A stretch of DNA of 64,000 nt from Tubulanus polymorphus (Eukaryota; Animalia; Nemertea). The stretch's first letter is position 1. Every line of letters begins with the position of its first letter. Under the pieces are notes generated by a model. That model did not search any database, was not told the origin of the DNA, and saw nothing but the letters and a program-made list of their open reading frames with translations. Of this stretch, positions 13,855-28,078 are shown piece by piece. Position numbers and translations under genes: made by a program. Location: the NCBI RefSeq assembly GCF_964204645.1, contig NC_134029.1, forward strand, positions 2,418,001 through 2,482,000, written 5' to 3'.

Positions 13855-14886
13855 TACGTGTACGGTGGTGTATTGATAATGATCGGTTAATTACGACAGG
13901 CGTGGTTCCTGGTCATAGCTTTCATCATTCAGACACATATACAAACAAACGCGTTCGAAGCGCCTTCGGAGTTCGGGTATATCACATTATCTTGCCTTGT
14001 TTTTCGTCACTGCTGGTTCGTGTGTACCTGGTATACGAACACGGAGAGCCCCGAGTTGAGAGTTTTCCAATGATGTTTCAGTCAACGAAAAGGAAATCAT
14101 TTAATGGCTTGGCTTTGAAAAGTGTAAGACCTTGTAAACGTTACTTGTAAATTGTCCATCAACTTGAGTTGCGTTTAACATTCTTGGAATTCTTCACTTA
14201 TGTAGAAATAACAGTTTTCTTTAAACACGGGCTACAAACAAGCCCCGATATCTTTCTGCGTTATGGTTCATTAAATAGCAATTCTCGTAGAAAACCGATA
14301 GCGAAAATTATTTTGTTTTTGAGACAATAATAACTGAACTGAGGTTTGAGATGAAGTGCAGTAGTAACGACCTTCGTGTGTGTATACATTATAACAAATA
14401 CCTCCCTCCTCCATATCTTGTTGTCTTAGCCTGTCACATTAAGCGATATTGATGGCTTCGTAACAGTCCGCGTAAATTGGGAAAAAATTCGTCCGCGAGT
14501 TGGTCGCGCAAATTTGTCAAATGTCCGGCGCATTAGTGCCGTGTAGCGCGATGCGGAAGTGAACGGACTATAGCGTGACTCGTCAAGTCTTCAGGTCAAG
14601 CGATCAGTAAAAATGATGAATTATATGAACCGATTTTTCGTCTCTGTGGCAACATCGTCTAACGACGTGGAACGAATCGTTGATTTGTTTCTGTTCCCCT
14701 CTCAATCACTGCTATTTGTTTTGTTAAACTTTCCTCATTCGGTAAAGATTTATCATAATCTGAATGCATTAGTTCGTGTAGTCGAGCGTATCAGTAGATC
14801 TATCCGTTGTGCCCACAATCATTAACTACCTAAACAATCCCCCTATTTAGAAATAAACAAATTTTTACCCAATAAATCATTGCTTA

Positions 14887-15400
14887 TCAAATCAAGTTGT
14901 ATTTTCTAGTCTCACAAAACTCAATCCTGTATAGCCCGGCCCGTGTCTTGTAAGATCCATTCACATGAACTGGAAAACAGTGACGTGGATTCCTGGATCT
15001 ATTCCAGTATTCAACTGAGTTAAAAGTTGTGGATTTGAATGAAAACCATGGACAGTACATTCCCATTGACATTAATCCCAAGTTGTTAGTAAAGTTTTTT
15101 TCAGGATTTAAACAGGAAATTTCTATTGTTTGTTCTTGATAAAATCTCCACCGTCACAAAAAATGATCTTGACTGTGACAGAATCCTTCATTCCCGGATG
15201 TGTACCTGTCCTGGTGTAATAAGTGGATTATTCAGTAGACACATTGCACCCCAGACGTTAGATAGAATTATTCTGAAATATGGGCCTCTAATTAGATTGA
15301 ATCGCGTGTAAAAAGCTTTGCGACGCGATCACTGGTATGCGCTGGATATATTGTAAATGCATCCAGTGCTATATTGTGCTGATGTATTGGAGCTTTTACC
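14887..15400 (-). mobile_element. Decayed CR1/L2-group LINE ORF2 C-terminal fragment
   Basis: Minus-strand pieces in the expected order: HWMHLQYI (WxxHIxYI-like), LIRGPYF..SNVWGA (LIxPYxxYxxxVWG-like), SQSRSFFVTVEILS (HSxPLFxxLxIL-like), SYKTRAGLYRIEFCET (YNTRxxxLYRxPxCRT-like). Stops and frameshifts present. Confidence 0.6.
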
Positions 15401-18400
15401 GGGGTGAGATGATTAAAATCTGCTGGTGAACGCGTTTTCTTTGATTTACCGCGGGCCTAATCTGATTTTGCGCGCTCTTGCCACGGTGCCTAGGCTGTGT
15501 ATTAAATTTGTAATTTTGCCCGAGGTTTTGCCGTCACTTTGAATAAATGTTTGGATTATGGTCACATTTCTATTTCATTATAACGGTATAGTTTGCAAGA
15601 TATAACTCCATACACTTCTGATCACCATATTATATCCTCGATGAGATCAGAGCTACTTGGTTCTAAAGCCAATCTAACGACTTAAGACCAGTCATTTTGG
15701 TTCGATTACTTATCTAACGACTTAAAACCAGTCTAAACTCATTTTGGTTCTCCAGCCAATCTTAAAACTTGGCAAATCATTTCAGTTCTATTACTTATAT
15801 AACAAATTAATATTCCACTGGACTCTGTCCCCAATTCCTAGAAAATTCACTTTTTAAGTAGGATGGTAGCTGCTGCCCATACCCATATTCATGAAAATGT
15901 CCATTATCATCTCGTCATCGTGACCTATGCCTTTTTTCATTGTATAATGGATGAATGAACCAAACGCCATGGCGAATAACAAAAAGTTAATTTTTAGACT
16001 TTCACGCTGTCATTTAGGTAATACGTTGACCCTTTTTTCTAAATCGCCTTTTTTTCTGAAGTCGGCTCTCTAATAATCACCCCTTTTCCTCGATTTCAAG
16101 ATTTATTACCATTTCGGACTTTGCAATTGAGGTTTTTTCATATTCAGAGGCCTCGGCTTTGAAAAATGTCACCAGTTTCGGCGATTAATTTCAAATCAAC
16201 GATCAACTGTCATATTCAATCGCAGGAATTTTCAATCGTCAACTAAAGCTGAAATTAATCGTAATTTTGTCCTCGTTAGAAATTTAAATCTGAGAAAAAA
16301 CCGACATCATTAGAGCCGTCGAAATTAGAATTGTGTGTATTATTCCTAAATCAGATATCGTTATTCGTTGCCAGCGCTCTGTTTTTACACACATAAAAAT
16401 GAAAAAAAACATTTATCTTAATTTGTTCAAAAATCGTTGCACTAAAAATGGAAACACGTCGACTTCAATCTGAATTCAATATCAAAAGCATTGTGTTTTT
16501 TAATACAGTAATGGTTTTTATGTCTTGTATTTGATGTGACATGAAAACCGATACAGTTCCGTTGTTTTTATACCTTAAATTGACATAACATATATTAGAT
16601 TTTGTTACCGCGCAAAAATGTAGCTTGTTTTCTTGTCGTTCAAATGTCAATACGCGTATATTATGATCCAACGTTCTGTGGATAATCGGTCTAGAAAATT
16701 CCTTAAAAATTCGCCGTAGCCAGAAATGCAGTTAGACTTAGATAATGTGTATTTGAATGATGTCAAATGAACTGCCTCCGGTAATTAACATTAAGATCAC
16801 CTTCCGTGGCATGCACGCAAAAAAAATAATCGATTTGTATTTATGTATTTCCTTTTTTATGCGTAATTTTCGCTTCGATTTGTTTCGATGAGTATTCGAG
16901 GAAAAATCAACTCTTGAAGGGATCAACTCTCAAGAGGAGTCGTCCCGTGGCACACGCTAACCGAAATGTTTAACCAAACTAATTAACGAATCATCAAGTC
17001 AAATTCATCTCAAAACTAAACCGATGGGACTGGTCGAGAGCAATTCATTCAAGTGTATATTTCAGTCCGGTGCGACTGACCTCTGAACTCAGTTTAGATT
17101 AACTATATGAAATCGATTTCAAGTTAATTTGGTTAATACTTTGGCCAAGAACCGAAGACCCAGTTTCAAAGTCTATCATGACTGATGGAACATTTTGCGG
17201 AATGGTCCCCCTGGCTTATGCAGTTGTTTCTAACTGCGTATTAGAATATGATTCTATATGCGCCACGTGAGGCCAGACAAAAACCACCGCTGTATAGAAT
17301 ACCTAATTCCAATGATAAAATACCGTCGAGGAAAATGCAATTTTTCTATTAGATCTAAGTGTTCCGATATATCGTGACTGAACACAATTTTCAGTCTCAA
17401 GAGTTAAAAATTTAGAAATTCATCGCTCGCCAGTTAAAAGCCCGAGTGTTTCAAAGGTTTATCTATTATTTATCGGATACTATCTCTACTTCTGAATAGT
17501 CCGTGTAACATACGTTTACTCTTCTCGTGAGCGGTGTTGATGTCGAATTTTCTCGATTTTACTTTAATTAGAATTGCCGTGAGCTAGCCATCGACAGTTT
17601 CACTGGTGATCGTTCTCATACTCTGTTATATTATATCATCATCGAATTTGATATCGAGTGAAAGATGAAAATATCGTTCCCCGCCAACGTTCAAATAATA
17701 GAAAATACAACGCGTCAACCACGTAACGCGCTAATAATATAAGGCATCTATTGTGAAGCTCGCTACGTAATAAAAGAATAGACTCACCGCGAAATAGAAA
17801 AATTAAATCTCGGTTTTATAGAATTCCATTTACGCGTACGTTAATTAGACTTTGTTATTCTTACTACATTTTCCCGGCGATAATCGACAAAAGAAGAAAT
17901 AAAAATAGTTTTATACGTGTTACCGCGAAGAGCGATCGAGTTTACGTTTAATATGAGTCATAAGTAAAAACGTCAAAAAGAAAGAAATTGCTGCAGCGAT
18001 GTTTTGTTGTTGCTGCGTTGTATTTATTACTCGGTATAATCCGTAGATTTATTGGTCATCGAATGCGCACCATCTGAATGTGTAACTGCGGCTCTTCAGT
18101 ATGCTGATGTATTCTAGTTGAATATCTGGTGGCTATTTTGTGATAATCGAAAGTAAAATGCATTCTCTGTGCGATACTTGGGTCGGTATTTTACTTTGAC
18201 CCTGAGTTTTAAGATAATGCTGGTCTATAAAGCCAGCGTTAGGGGTCTAATGTATGGTCACTAAGACAGAGTGACTCGAACCTGATGACATCGGGTTGAA
18301 ATTTCTATGAGTAAGAACAAAAACAGCTAAATCGAAAGATATCAATCAGTTTCCGTGTAACCCCACCCTTAAGCCTGCTCTATTTAGCGTTGTTTACAGC

Positions 18401-21400
18401 GATAAATTCCAATGATTTCATCTCCAACTCCATGTTTATATGAACCCCCCCCCCCCCAAAAAAAAATGACGTTACCGATGGAAAATTTTGTTGTGACGAA
18501 AACTGGGTGAATACATTATCAAGACGTGCTATTATAACCTGTAATTGTGTTGGATCCGATGAATGATTACTTTATCGCGTTCTCAATTTGATTTTGTTGT
18601 CGTGTTTCTTTATTGAAGCGATTGTTTTTCTAAGCACGTTTTTATACATAATTTATAGTCGCGCATCGCCTGTTCGTGGACAATAAAATTTAATTCAATT
18701 TTCGTTCAGTAACTTGTTTCTTTCGTCGGGTACAGTCATTGTTAGACTGGCGCTGATACATGTAATTTGATTGAGAGAAAGTCATCTCTATTCAGGATAC
18801 GCTTGTTCTTTCCGCCTTCGACAGAATAGAATTTTGATTGAGACATGTTGTTCGACTTCTATTGCATTCTAATTATTCATTCGTACAAAAAATACAAAAA
18901 TAGCGGTTCTTAAAAGCCATATTCGGACCATGTGTCTATGTTCTTCAGTGGTCTCTCTCCCATTAGTTGGGGGGAAAATAAGCATCGAAAACGTTAATAA
19001 TGCCCTGCGTGGTAATGTGGGTTGAGGGCAAACAAAATAGTCTCGGATCTTTGAAGTCAACGTGTATCGAGTGAGTGTGGTGCGGGTGACCAATCAGGTG
19101 TGCTGATCGTTTGTAAATCATTCTCTATACACTATGAAAGACTCGGAGGCTCCCCTAGTAGCGAATAACTATATAAAACCTCTTAGAAGCTTATCGATTC
19201 ATTTTTCCGTCTCATCTTTGCAAATATCTAGGTATTTGTTTCGGGGACGATTTTTATTGATAAATAATGTAAGAAATCTGCCGTTTCGCTAATTAATAAC
19301 GAATGAGATATAAACAAACGTCGTGAGATCGTTTTGTAAAAAGATGACGCCCAAAAGCATCAAGGAGTTGTTTTACTCGCGTGTTCACCGAGGGATTCAT
19401 CATCATCATCATCATCATCATCTCATAATTCACTGATGAAAAAGATGAAAATTCACTTTGATGGCAGCGAGTTCGTTGTCCATTATTTTTTGTCAGTAGA
19501 GTGACTATTTCATAAATGATCCAATACCGGCGTCTACAAAACAAACCGAATCATAGCTTAACTGATAGAGCTTTATCAGAGTATCCTTCTCAATTACCGC
19601 GTGTATCAATAGCTCCGATCGATAGTATCGATCGACGGGTAATTGATAGATAAACAGGTGAAATATGGATGATACTAATCAGGTCTATGTATGCGATGTA
19701 TACGGAGCTAATGATAAGTGCGATTAAACGGTCACGAAATCTCATCACAGATATCTTTAATCATTACCCGAATAATCGACTGAGGCAAGATTGATCGACC
19801 TTACTGCGCGCGCATACGTAAACCGGATTTGGGATGAAGTGCAATGGGGACCAACCAGCAACTAGATGGCGCCACTTACATGTTTGACATACTATATCAA
19901 AACCGGTTCATTCGCGATTAATTTAAGCTGCCGTATCTGGATAAACTCGGGTTGATCTTAACGGCGCTATGTTTATTCATCAAATTTCAGAGATACGCGC
20001 TTGCCACAGTATCATTTTTGAATTATCACTGGAAACCTACAACATCCGAACCCGTGGGCTCCACTTCAGCTGATACTAGTAACCTGATGTATTAAGGTGT
20101 AATTTATAATTCTATAGTATCTGAGAAGTGGTTTTTACGTGTGACGTCAAGGTTGAATATGATTCGCAGTAATACTGCACCAGTTTCCACCACGACTATA
20201 AATACATCACGATCGCGTTAAGAGGCCGCTTGTAGCTCATCGTTTGATTATATGCAATGAATATAAAAAAGAACTATCCATGATAATCAACTTCAATTAT
20301 GAAATGATTCTCGTGTCGCTGGCATCGCTGTCCCTGCTGCCACCTTGTACGACAGCCTACTGTGTACAATTCCTCTCGTAAATACTGCGTGCAATAATCT
20401 TCGATTCAATTACACGGAACCGTGTCCACCGATGAAGACTAATCTAGTCCGATGTCGTTTTGTCCGCGCTGTAGCGGTCAGCGTGCTATTTTCGCCACGT
20501 TGTCTCCATTTGATTCACATGTCCCTCGAAGTCCTGCCTTTTAGATGTTTTTAATCATCTTCCCTGCCGCGGATGATACATCTCAGGTCCGTCCGCTCGC
20601 TGGGTGTAGATAGATTCTTGTCTCGTCATCGCTGGCCGGAGAGACATCGAGAAAAGAGAACCAGATGTGATGCTCAATCTATAGTAATAATAGAAATAAT
20701 CGACCGTAATGCGATTATGTAAGCTTCCTCGGCAAATTTCAAAAGAAATTGAAAATATGAATTATTTATTCGACTGTTTGATACTCGAGCAATGACTAAA
20801 AGAAAGGTTTTAAGGTGTAATTCCTTCATGCGGAGTGTGAGTGCCCTTTTATTGTGCGCGCTACGTTGCTCGGTCATTAACATTGCACGAATCGCTTTTA
20901 TCTCAGACGGTAAATTACCTGAATCTTAACCTGAAATGAACCGAAACTCGGGAAATATCGGCACGACGCAATCTCTGCATTCTTTGTTCGTTACGCGAGC
21001 GTCGCCAGCAGGGAAAACTAGAAAATGGAACATTTTTACGAAACGGTTTTTCAATGAATTTTTTTTTCGGCTCCGAAAGTGAATTTTCTACTAATCAACC
21101 GTCGGCATAAGTGCCTTATCTCTAGCGGGAAATGGCTTTCATTCGCAATGAGTCAATTTTCAAAGAAATGTTGATGAGTTTACGGGAAATCTTGACGACG
21201 ATCGGGCGCCGTGAAACGTAAGTTCAGTTTTTGAAAAATGAACTGCTGAAATTCAATTCGAAATATCTGAGAAATGAAGATTATTCACGAGTTGGTGATG
21301 ATGAGATATCACGAGATGGAAACCATTTGGATCAAAATATCAATTTATACATTTCGTTATAATCCTGTGTTGACCCAATGTTCAGTTTTATTAAATTTCA

Positions 21401-21577
21401 ACGTTCCGCCAAATATTCTCGCACGAAATGAAAGGCATTCGCAAATTGAATTTCGACAATCGAGATCCCGATCTAATGAAATTCTGATATTACCACGAAA
21501 AATTTCTAAAATTTGATGATAAGCGGGATAATGAGTATATCGTAAATACGATAGAACGTTGTTACCTTCAACGATTT

Positions 21578-21651
21578 AGGGCCCGTTTCATAAAACGACT
21601 TGACACTTCATATAAATTTCATCAGTGACTGTGACTAATGAATCGGGCCCT
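21578..21651. mobile_element. Short MITE with GGGCCC-type TIRs (PIF/Harbinger-like)
   Basis: AGGGCCCGTTTCAT ... ATGAATCGGGCCCT, 13/14 inverted match. Confidence 0.55.
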
Positions 21652-22243
21652 TGAACTTTGATAGTCCTATAGTCCAGTACTGCATGTTTACTAAGCAATG
21701 GTGACGGTCTCATCGGTCGATTTGATTGGTCGATTCAAATATCGTAGACCAAGTAAATCTTGTCGAAGCGATGTTTACGAAGCCGTCGAGCCGGAGAGAT
21801 CGCGACCATCAAAAAGCCATGAATGGCCACCATTTCGGCTTCCCGGCTACTTCACATGAATATTTGATATTTGATTAGCGATCAGCGCGGAATATGAGCT
21901 GGATATTTGTTCATTCAGCCCCAGTTCGATTGTCCGCGCATTCGCCGCAATATCTCATAAAGAATATCATCGACAAACGAACGGCGTTAAATTGGCCCGA
22001 TTTATCGTTTAATCTCGACAACACCAATTTCAGATGGTCATAAATCATTTTCGAGCAATAGAAAAACGGTCAGAAAACGTAACATTCCGCGCTGTGACGC
22101 GATGTCGTCAGAGTTTATCATAAATACCCCGCCTATCACACCGTTACGCGTCTGTATACGACCGGCTTCATGGCTATTCCAGCTATGCTTCATGTCTTCG
22201 AGATGCAACCGGCTCGTTCGATTCACACTTGGATAAAGCATGC

Positions 22244-22423
22244 CAGGGGCGGGTCCAGACGGGTGCTCTTTTTTGTGGTAATGTTTGTCTGAAATTTCAG
22301 AAATTTCCCCGTCCCCTATTTAGGCTCCCTCCGCGGCTGCCTCACCTGGAAACTAGCGCTCTTTAACAGCATGCCCTTTACATTTATTCGTGCTTCTGTT
22401 CAAGTCTACCCTGGATCCTCGTG
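22244..22423. mobile_element. Degenerate MITE-like element
   Basis: Begins CAGGGGCGGGTCCAG, with a partial inverted partner CTGGATCC at 22411-22418. Confidence 0.3.
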
Positions 22424-25322
22424 TTTTGTGACCGCTGATGTCTAGCTGCCCAACCAAGCATAAATCATTCGAGTAGCGGTGACTATGACTAGACTCACCA
22501 CTCTTCATGTTCACGTTTCGGGGAACAACAAGAAACGGGAAAAAATGTCTAATTGATAGTAACGGTGATTTATGGAGGTAATAAGTCTGTAAGAAATAGT
22601 CAGGCTTTTTACACGAGACAATATATAGAGGAAACTCTAGACAACAACAAAAATTGTACTGATGAAAAATTCCAGACGCATCTCGCAGGTCTCCGTGTGT
22701 GACGTATGGTCGCTATTGGAATTTTCTGCTTGGTGAAGTCCTCAGCTTCCATTCATTCATCACTATATGTATGACTCGAATATAAAACACTGAGAAAATA
22801 TATGTGAAATTCTACTTCATTTCCGATGAAAAATATACGAGAAATGTTTTGAAGAATCCAAACTAAACGTGAAAATTGTTATAATATTGTGTACGTCAAC
22901 ATGTTCTATAAGAGATTACGATCTTTTCGCTACAAAGTAGATTCACCAGATTAATCCGTAAAGTCAAGGGGGAAACAAATATTCATATTGAGAGTGAGAC
23001 TTATTTGAGAATGGGAAACGTAATTTCAAATAAAATCATTGAACTTGCACTACATTATTACCTGTTCTTACGTTTAACAATACACATACAAGCAGAAAAC
23101 TTGACGTTTTACTTCAAAATCAATGCGAATGGTGTGTTCGCGTTGATAGTTTTGGTTTTAAGGTGTTGGAAACGAAATGAAAACATGAAAATCCAGTTAC
23201 TTCAATCAATTTTCAGTTCGTTCCTTTGGTTTTTATCGTGGAATGGAATGAATAACTGCCACAAAGAAAGATGATAACACGGAGAGGGAATAGAACGGGA
23301 AGGATTTAGTTGAGGCTTTACCGCAAATAATCCAATACTCCTCGTTCAAAGGCGCATCAGTTTATCTTATATAGATATGAAAGCTCGCGTAGACATAGAA
23401 ATCCTTTGGTCTTACTGCGGCATCGCTGGAATGATAAATCGAAAAAGTGAATGAATAAAGAGCATCTTAGAAAATCCGCATATGCGATTTTTATGACGAT
23501 ACGCGGGTTATTATTTCGTGTTGTATGAATCTGACACCGTGCAGGGAACTCGCCTCACGTCGATTCTTATATAATCTGATTATAGCGTCATCAAACACAT
23601 TACATAGTGTAAAAAATGTCATCAAATGGCCAATTAATTTCGTGTCTGCTTGATTAGGTCGCGACACGGGTATATATCCCCACCACCACGCTAGCCTGTT
23701 TATAAGCACGTTGAAATATCAAGCATATTACTGTTATTATGCCCCGGTCACTGCAACGAATATAATTTAACTTATCAGCTTTGTCCGCACAAGCTTTTTC
23801 ATTATCGATGAAATAGCGTATTAGAAGACATAATCATTCTTTTAACGCGTGCAATGAACTCGCGTTTGACACATAGAGGTTTAATAGATATAGAAAGTTG
23901 CGTTGGTTATCGAGGCAGCCGCCAGGTGGTTCTAGAGCAAAATCGACTTTCGTCGAATCAAATCGAATTTCATTCAAAATGAAACCAGAAGTAACCAGGG
24001 GAAAACGAATATTTATCATCGAGCTCATCTTTTCTTTTAACCCTCTCTGAAAGTTATTTTCTCGACGACGGAGAAGCCTAAGAAAATGTAGACCCTGTTA
24101 GTCACGCATGAGTCAGACAGGATTCGCTATCAAATGCTGAATTTCTATATAACTATCATCTAGAAAGTAATAAGCATTTCTTATAAATATTCTGTATCAT
24201 TTTTACCCCAGGATGGGTTGAATGCGTTCTTTTTTTAATGCCATGCTTTAGATTAATATGTACACCACGCACGACCACACTGGGAATACACGGTTAAGAG
24301 GGGCTAAATTCAACGACTCCGGAAATGTAATAGGATTCATTGTGACAGTGGTTAATTATAGAGGCTCAACCTGATACTTTCAACAGGAAATGAAAACAGG
24401 GAATAAGAATGATGTCTATTATAGCTTAATACCGTCGGTGTGACCTTCAGTTTCACGTGTACAGGACTTATCAATAAATTCTGATTCATTATTTAGTATT
24501 TCGGTAATAACGACACTGGTAATCCTACCATTAGCTCTGCGTGTATGATCATCAGTCCGCCTGCTCCTTATAAATTACCAGATAATTCTGCTCGACCCAC
24601 CGCACACACAAACACACACAGACATACACAAGAAACAATAAATACAAATCTCGTATCGGCAGCACTGATATTATTACCACGTCTTTCTTATCTTCATAAC
24701 TGCATAGTTCGTTATGAAATGATACCGATTGTGCGTAGAATATCTCATAGATATTCAAAGTGAAGGATTTTCGTTTAAAGATTGCGCGTAAAATCGGATA
24801 AAGATATCTACGATTTCAAACTATACTGGTCGCAGCCGATAGTATTTCGTAGCGCCGATACATACATGAAAGCGAAAACAATGGCGTAGAAATGCAATTC
24901 TTTTTGAATGCAGATACAGAAGAGATATGATTTTAGTATGAATTTCTGATAACCGCAATGTGCCACGTCGACTTTATAAATTGAGTATCGTATTTCACGC
25001 ATTTCAGGACTATTTTTTTCTTTCGTTTCGTTCCACGTACCTTTAAGCGCACGTCTACGCCAATTTCAAACCGAATTTCTATTATACGTACATTAATTTT
25101 TGGTTTACCAGTCACCGACTTCTCAAATATATAGATTGCATATTTCAAGTCGAATTGATTTTGCTAAACCCCGAACTTCGGAAAAGGAGATCCCTTTGAA
25201 ATATGACAATTAAAATCAGACATACGCGAATTCAACTGTTTCACTATTGATCGTGGTGATGAATGTATATTGTGTAACGTTTTCACTAAATTCGTAACGT
25301 TGTTTTTCCGCCATATTTACAG

Positions 25323-25454
25323 CGTACCAAAATATGCAAGTCATCGACACAAGACAGAACATTGGAAAGGCCGTCAACGTATGACAGCAACAGAATATTC
25401 AGGCAACAACCATCCCCAAACAAATGCTGTGATACCAATAACCATGAACCAAAG
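25323..25454 (+). CDS. Protocadherin internal cytoplasmic exon (phase 0-0, 132 nt)
   Basis: Acceptor tgtttttccgccatatttacAG|, donor AAG|GTAAGT. 44 open codons (RTKICKSSTQDRTLERPSTYDSNRIFRQQPSPNKCCDTNNHEPK). Phase fits both neighbouring exons. Confidence 0.7.
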
Positions 25455-27222
25455 GTAAGTTTCCGTCACCGAGTACCAGCGATGAGCCATTTCCAGAGTT
25501 CTGAGTGAAAATTCATCACTTCTAGCAACTGTGGATCTGGTTCCAGTTTCCACTGTATATCTTATCAACATTACACACTCAATAGTTATTTCAACTCGAA
25601 AACTACGAGCTGTTTTCAAACTTGATTTATTCTCTAAGATTGCTTTAACAATCACAGAAGGTTAGGGAGACTAGCTCGTTCTTTAATATTTACTTATTCA
25701 TTTCGAAAATCTCGGGGGAATTAGAATCAACTAGATATAGGAATTATAACCATTAAATAGAATAAATTCTCTGCGTTCATGGTGTTACGATAATGTCCCA
25801 CACTAGAGTGAAATAAAATCCAAAATTAGCTGAAGGAAGCATTTCAGACGCTTTTTTATTCTCAGTGTGGGATTTTATACGTATCTAAATAGGAATTACC
25901 TGCGGCATATTTCATGATATTGAATCAGTTATGTTATAACTTAAATCGATGATCACGGAGCTTTAAAAAGCACGAATTAAAAGCCTTTTCTTGTCTAAAC
26001 GACGGAAAAATGTCTTGTGCATTTTTTCATAGCCGCCGAATGAATGGATTGTGCATCGACTTTTCGTCGTTTTAAAGTATATTAAGACTGATCCTTTGTC
26101 GACGTTCATTTCCTCATCAACAAAATCAAAGTAACGTCGCAATATTTTAAGTTCGTTTTGCTGTTTACCAAACAACGACTCGACCACGATTCGAGCGATT
26201 TTTTCTCGTTTGATGAAAAAAACCTATACAACCAGTCACTGTCGAAAAAATAGGATTTCATGATATTATTGATTCGCAACGAAGTGGAATTAACTTTAAC
26301 CGCAGCTTACCTTGTTTCCTGCGGATGGATAAGTCTGGCTAGCGATTAGATTCAGTTTGTCGTCTCATGCAGAAATTGATTTCATTCCATGGACGCAATT
26401 AGCCCTGTTTCCACAATGCGCGTGACAGAGATACCTATTGCTAAACAGTAATTAAGGGGTATCTTATATAATGAATATTGTCTTTTGCCTACGAAACAGA
26501 ATCGATCCTCTGTTTACAAATACTAATGTTACTCAATATAACATACAGCCATCGATTGATTGATACATTCCATGCACCCAAACGATTCGGAAATATAAAA
26601 TTCACCCTACAGGAATATTGATTTGGTAAAGCAGAATTTAAAAAAGAAAAACTTATAAAACTATTGTTCAAAACTTTATCCAAAGTTTTACATTAAGTTT
26701 TACATTGGCTTCGGGTTCCGCTGTTGGGATCAAACGATTCACCTTCATTTCAAAAGAGGATAAATCGATTTAGACTTGGAAATAGTTTTATAGTTATGGG
26801 TTGCAAATTTACCTCCGGCTTCAGGTTCTCAGTTAAACTAGCGTAAACACGAATACAGTCGAATTCGTTTAAACCGTAAATCGTCATAATTGGGCCATCA
26901 TTAAATAAGTAACTTATCCAAATTATAACTTGCACTTAGCAACTTGAACTGGAAATACCGAATGGAACTAAACAATTTGATGACTTATGCGAGCGCTTGA
27001 CTGTAAGTGAGAAGGAACAATTTGTGATTCAGAAGTAAATCCGCGTAGATGGCTCCTGGTTTCGATGACTGATTCCGAACTAACACTAACTACTTCTCTA
27101 AATCTTATCTTCGCCTACGCTTTTATGACCTGTTATGTTGTTAGTTTGTATCAATGTTGCCCTATGATAGCCGTACTACTCGAGTTCACCGTTATCGATT
27201 TTCCTTGTTTTCTACTCTGAAG

Positions 27223-27385
27223 CTGAAGCCACTAATCGATCTGAAACAAACGCACTGTGATACCGGAAGTGATTCGTCAGCCAATCATAGTTCCGCCGAT
27301 AGCGGCAGAGGTGAAAGCATCGAAGACCTGAAGCCACGTCTCATTGCAGTACGCGAGATACCGGTGCCACCCACGTTACCAGAAG
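27223..27385 (+). CDS. Protocadherin cytoplasmic exon with CM1-like motif (phase 0-1)
   Basis: Acceptor ttttccttgttttctactctgaAG|, donor AAG|GTATAT. Encodes LKPLIDLKQTHCDTGSDSSANHSSADSGRGESIEDLKPRLIAVREIPVPPTLPE. DSGRGxS resembles the conserved protocadherin CM1 core (DSGxGxS). Confidence 0.85.
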
Positions 27386-27893
27386 GTATATTTATGATAG
27401 TATCTGTAATTCGTATAACGTCAACGTTGTCGAACAATAATTAATCAGATTAAAATATATATATCTCTGATAAATCGATAGGATAAAATTATAAATAAAG
27501 TGAGGAATGAAATGTCATGTTCTCGACATAAAGATCATGAACGTGACGTAATAATTTATCAACCAACTTGCCATACATAACAACCAAAAGATAATCTACA
27601 TTTTATCAAACTTCGCGGGGGGTGTCCATCATTCTGTAAATCACTGTTTGCCAAATAGTATGACGTAGTCAAGTCAGAAAACACATGACTTCAAGACCTC
27701 TGTAATTTCGAATGATCCACAATTCAATTCCACATTTGGTTAGAGGCAGAAACTAGTTCATTCCCTGTGATTCTTTTTAGATTAACTTGGGCGCGTATTT
27801 CGAAAAACATTTCGCAACACACAACACTGATGACCCCCGGAAAACTAAAGATACTAATTTTAGTGTTGAATCGTCATAATTTTGATTTTGCAG

Positions 27894-28078
27894 TTAACAA
27901 CTACGGAATGGTACCTATTGATTATACCAGTGATGAAAGCAGCATCAATAATAACCAATCCAGCACAGATTCTTCGAGTTCCACATTAAAAGACAGATAT
28001 TCAAAGAGTTCACGTGAAAGTGTAGATCCAGAATTACTCTGTGTAGAAATCGATCACTTATTCTTCACCGACGTGTGA
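27894..28078 (+). CDS. Protocadherin terminal coding exon
   Basis: Acceptor ttttgattttgcAG|, phase 1 matching the previous donor (G+TT = Val). Encodes VNNYGMVPIDYTSDESS...VDPELLCVEIDHLFFTDV*, ending in a class I PDZ-ligand-like TDV. Confidence 0.85.

Noticed and set aside
1731-25322. Additional variable ectodomain exons (vertebrate-style clustered protocadherin) in the long intron
   Set aside because: No long ORF or cadherin motif there. A variable/constant organisation cannot be shown from this window, though upstream sequence is unseen.
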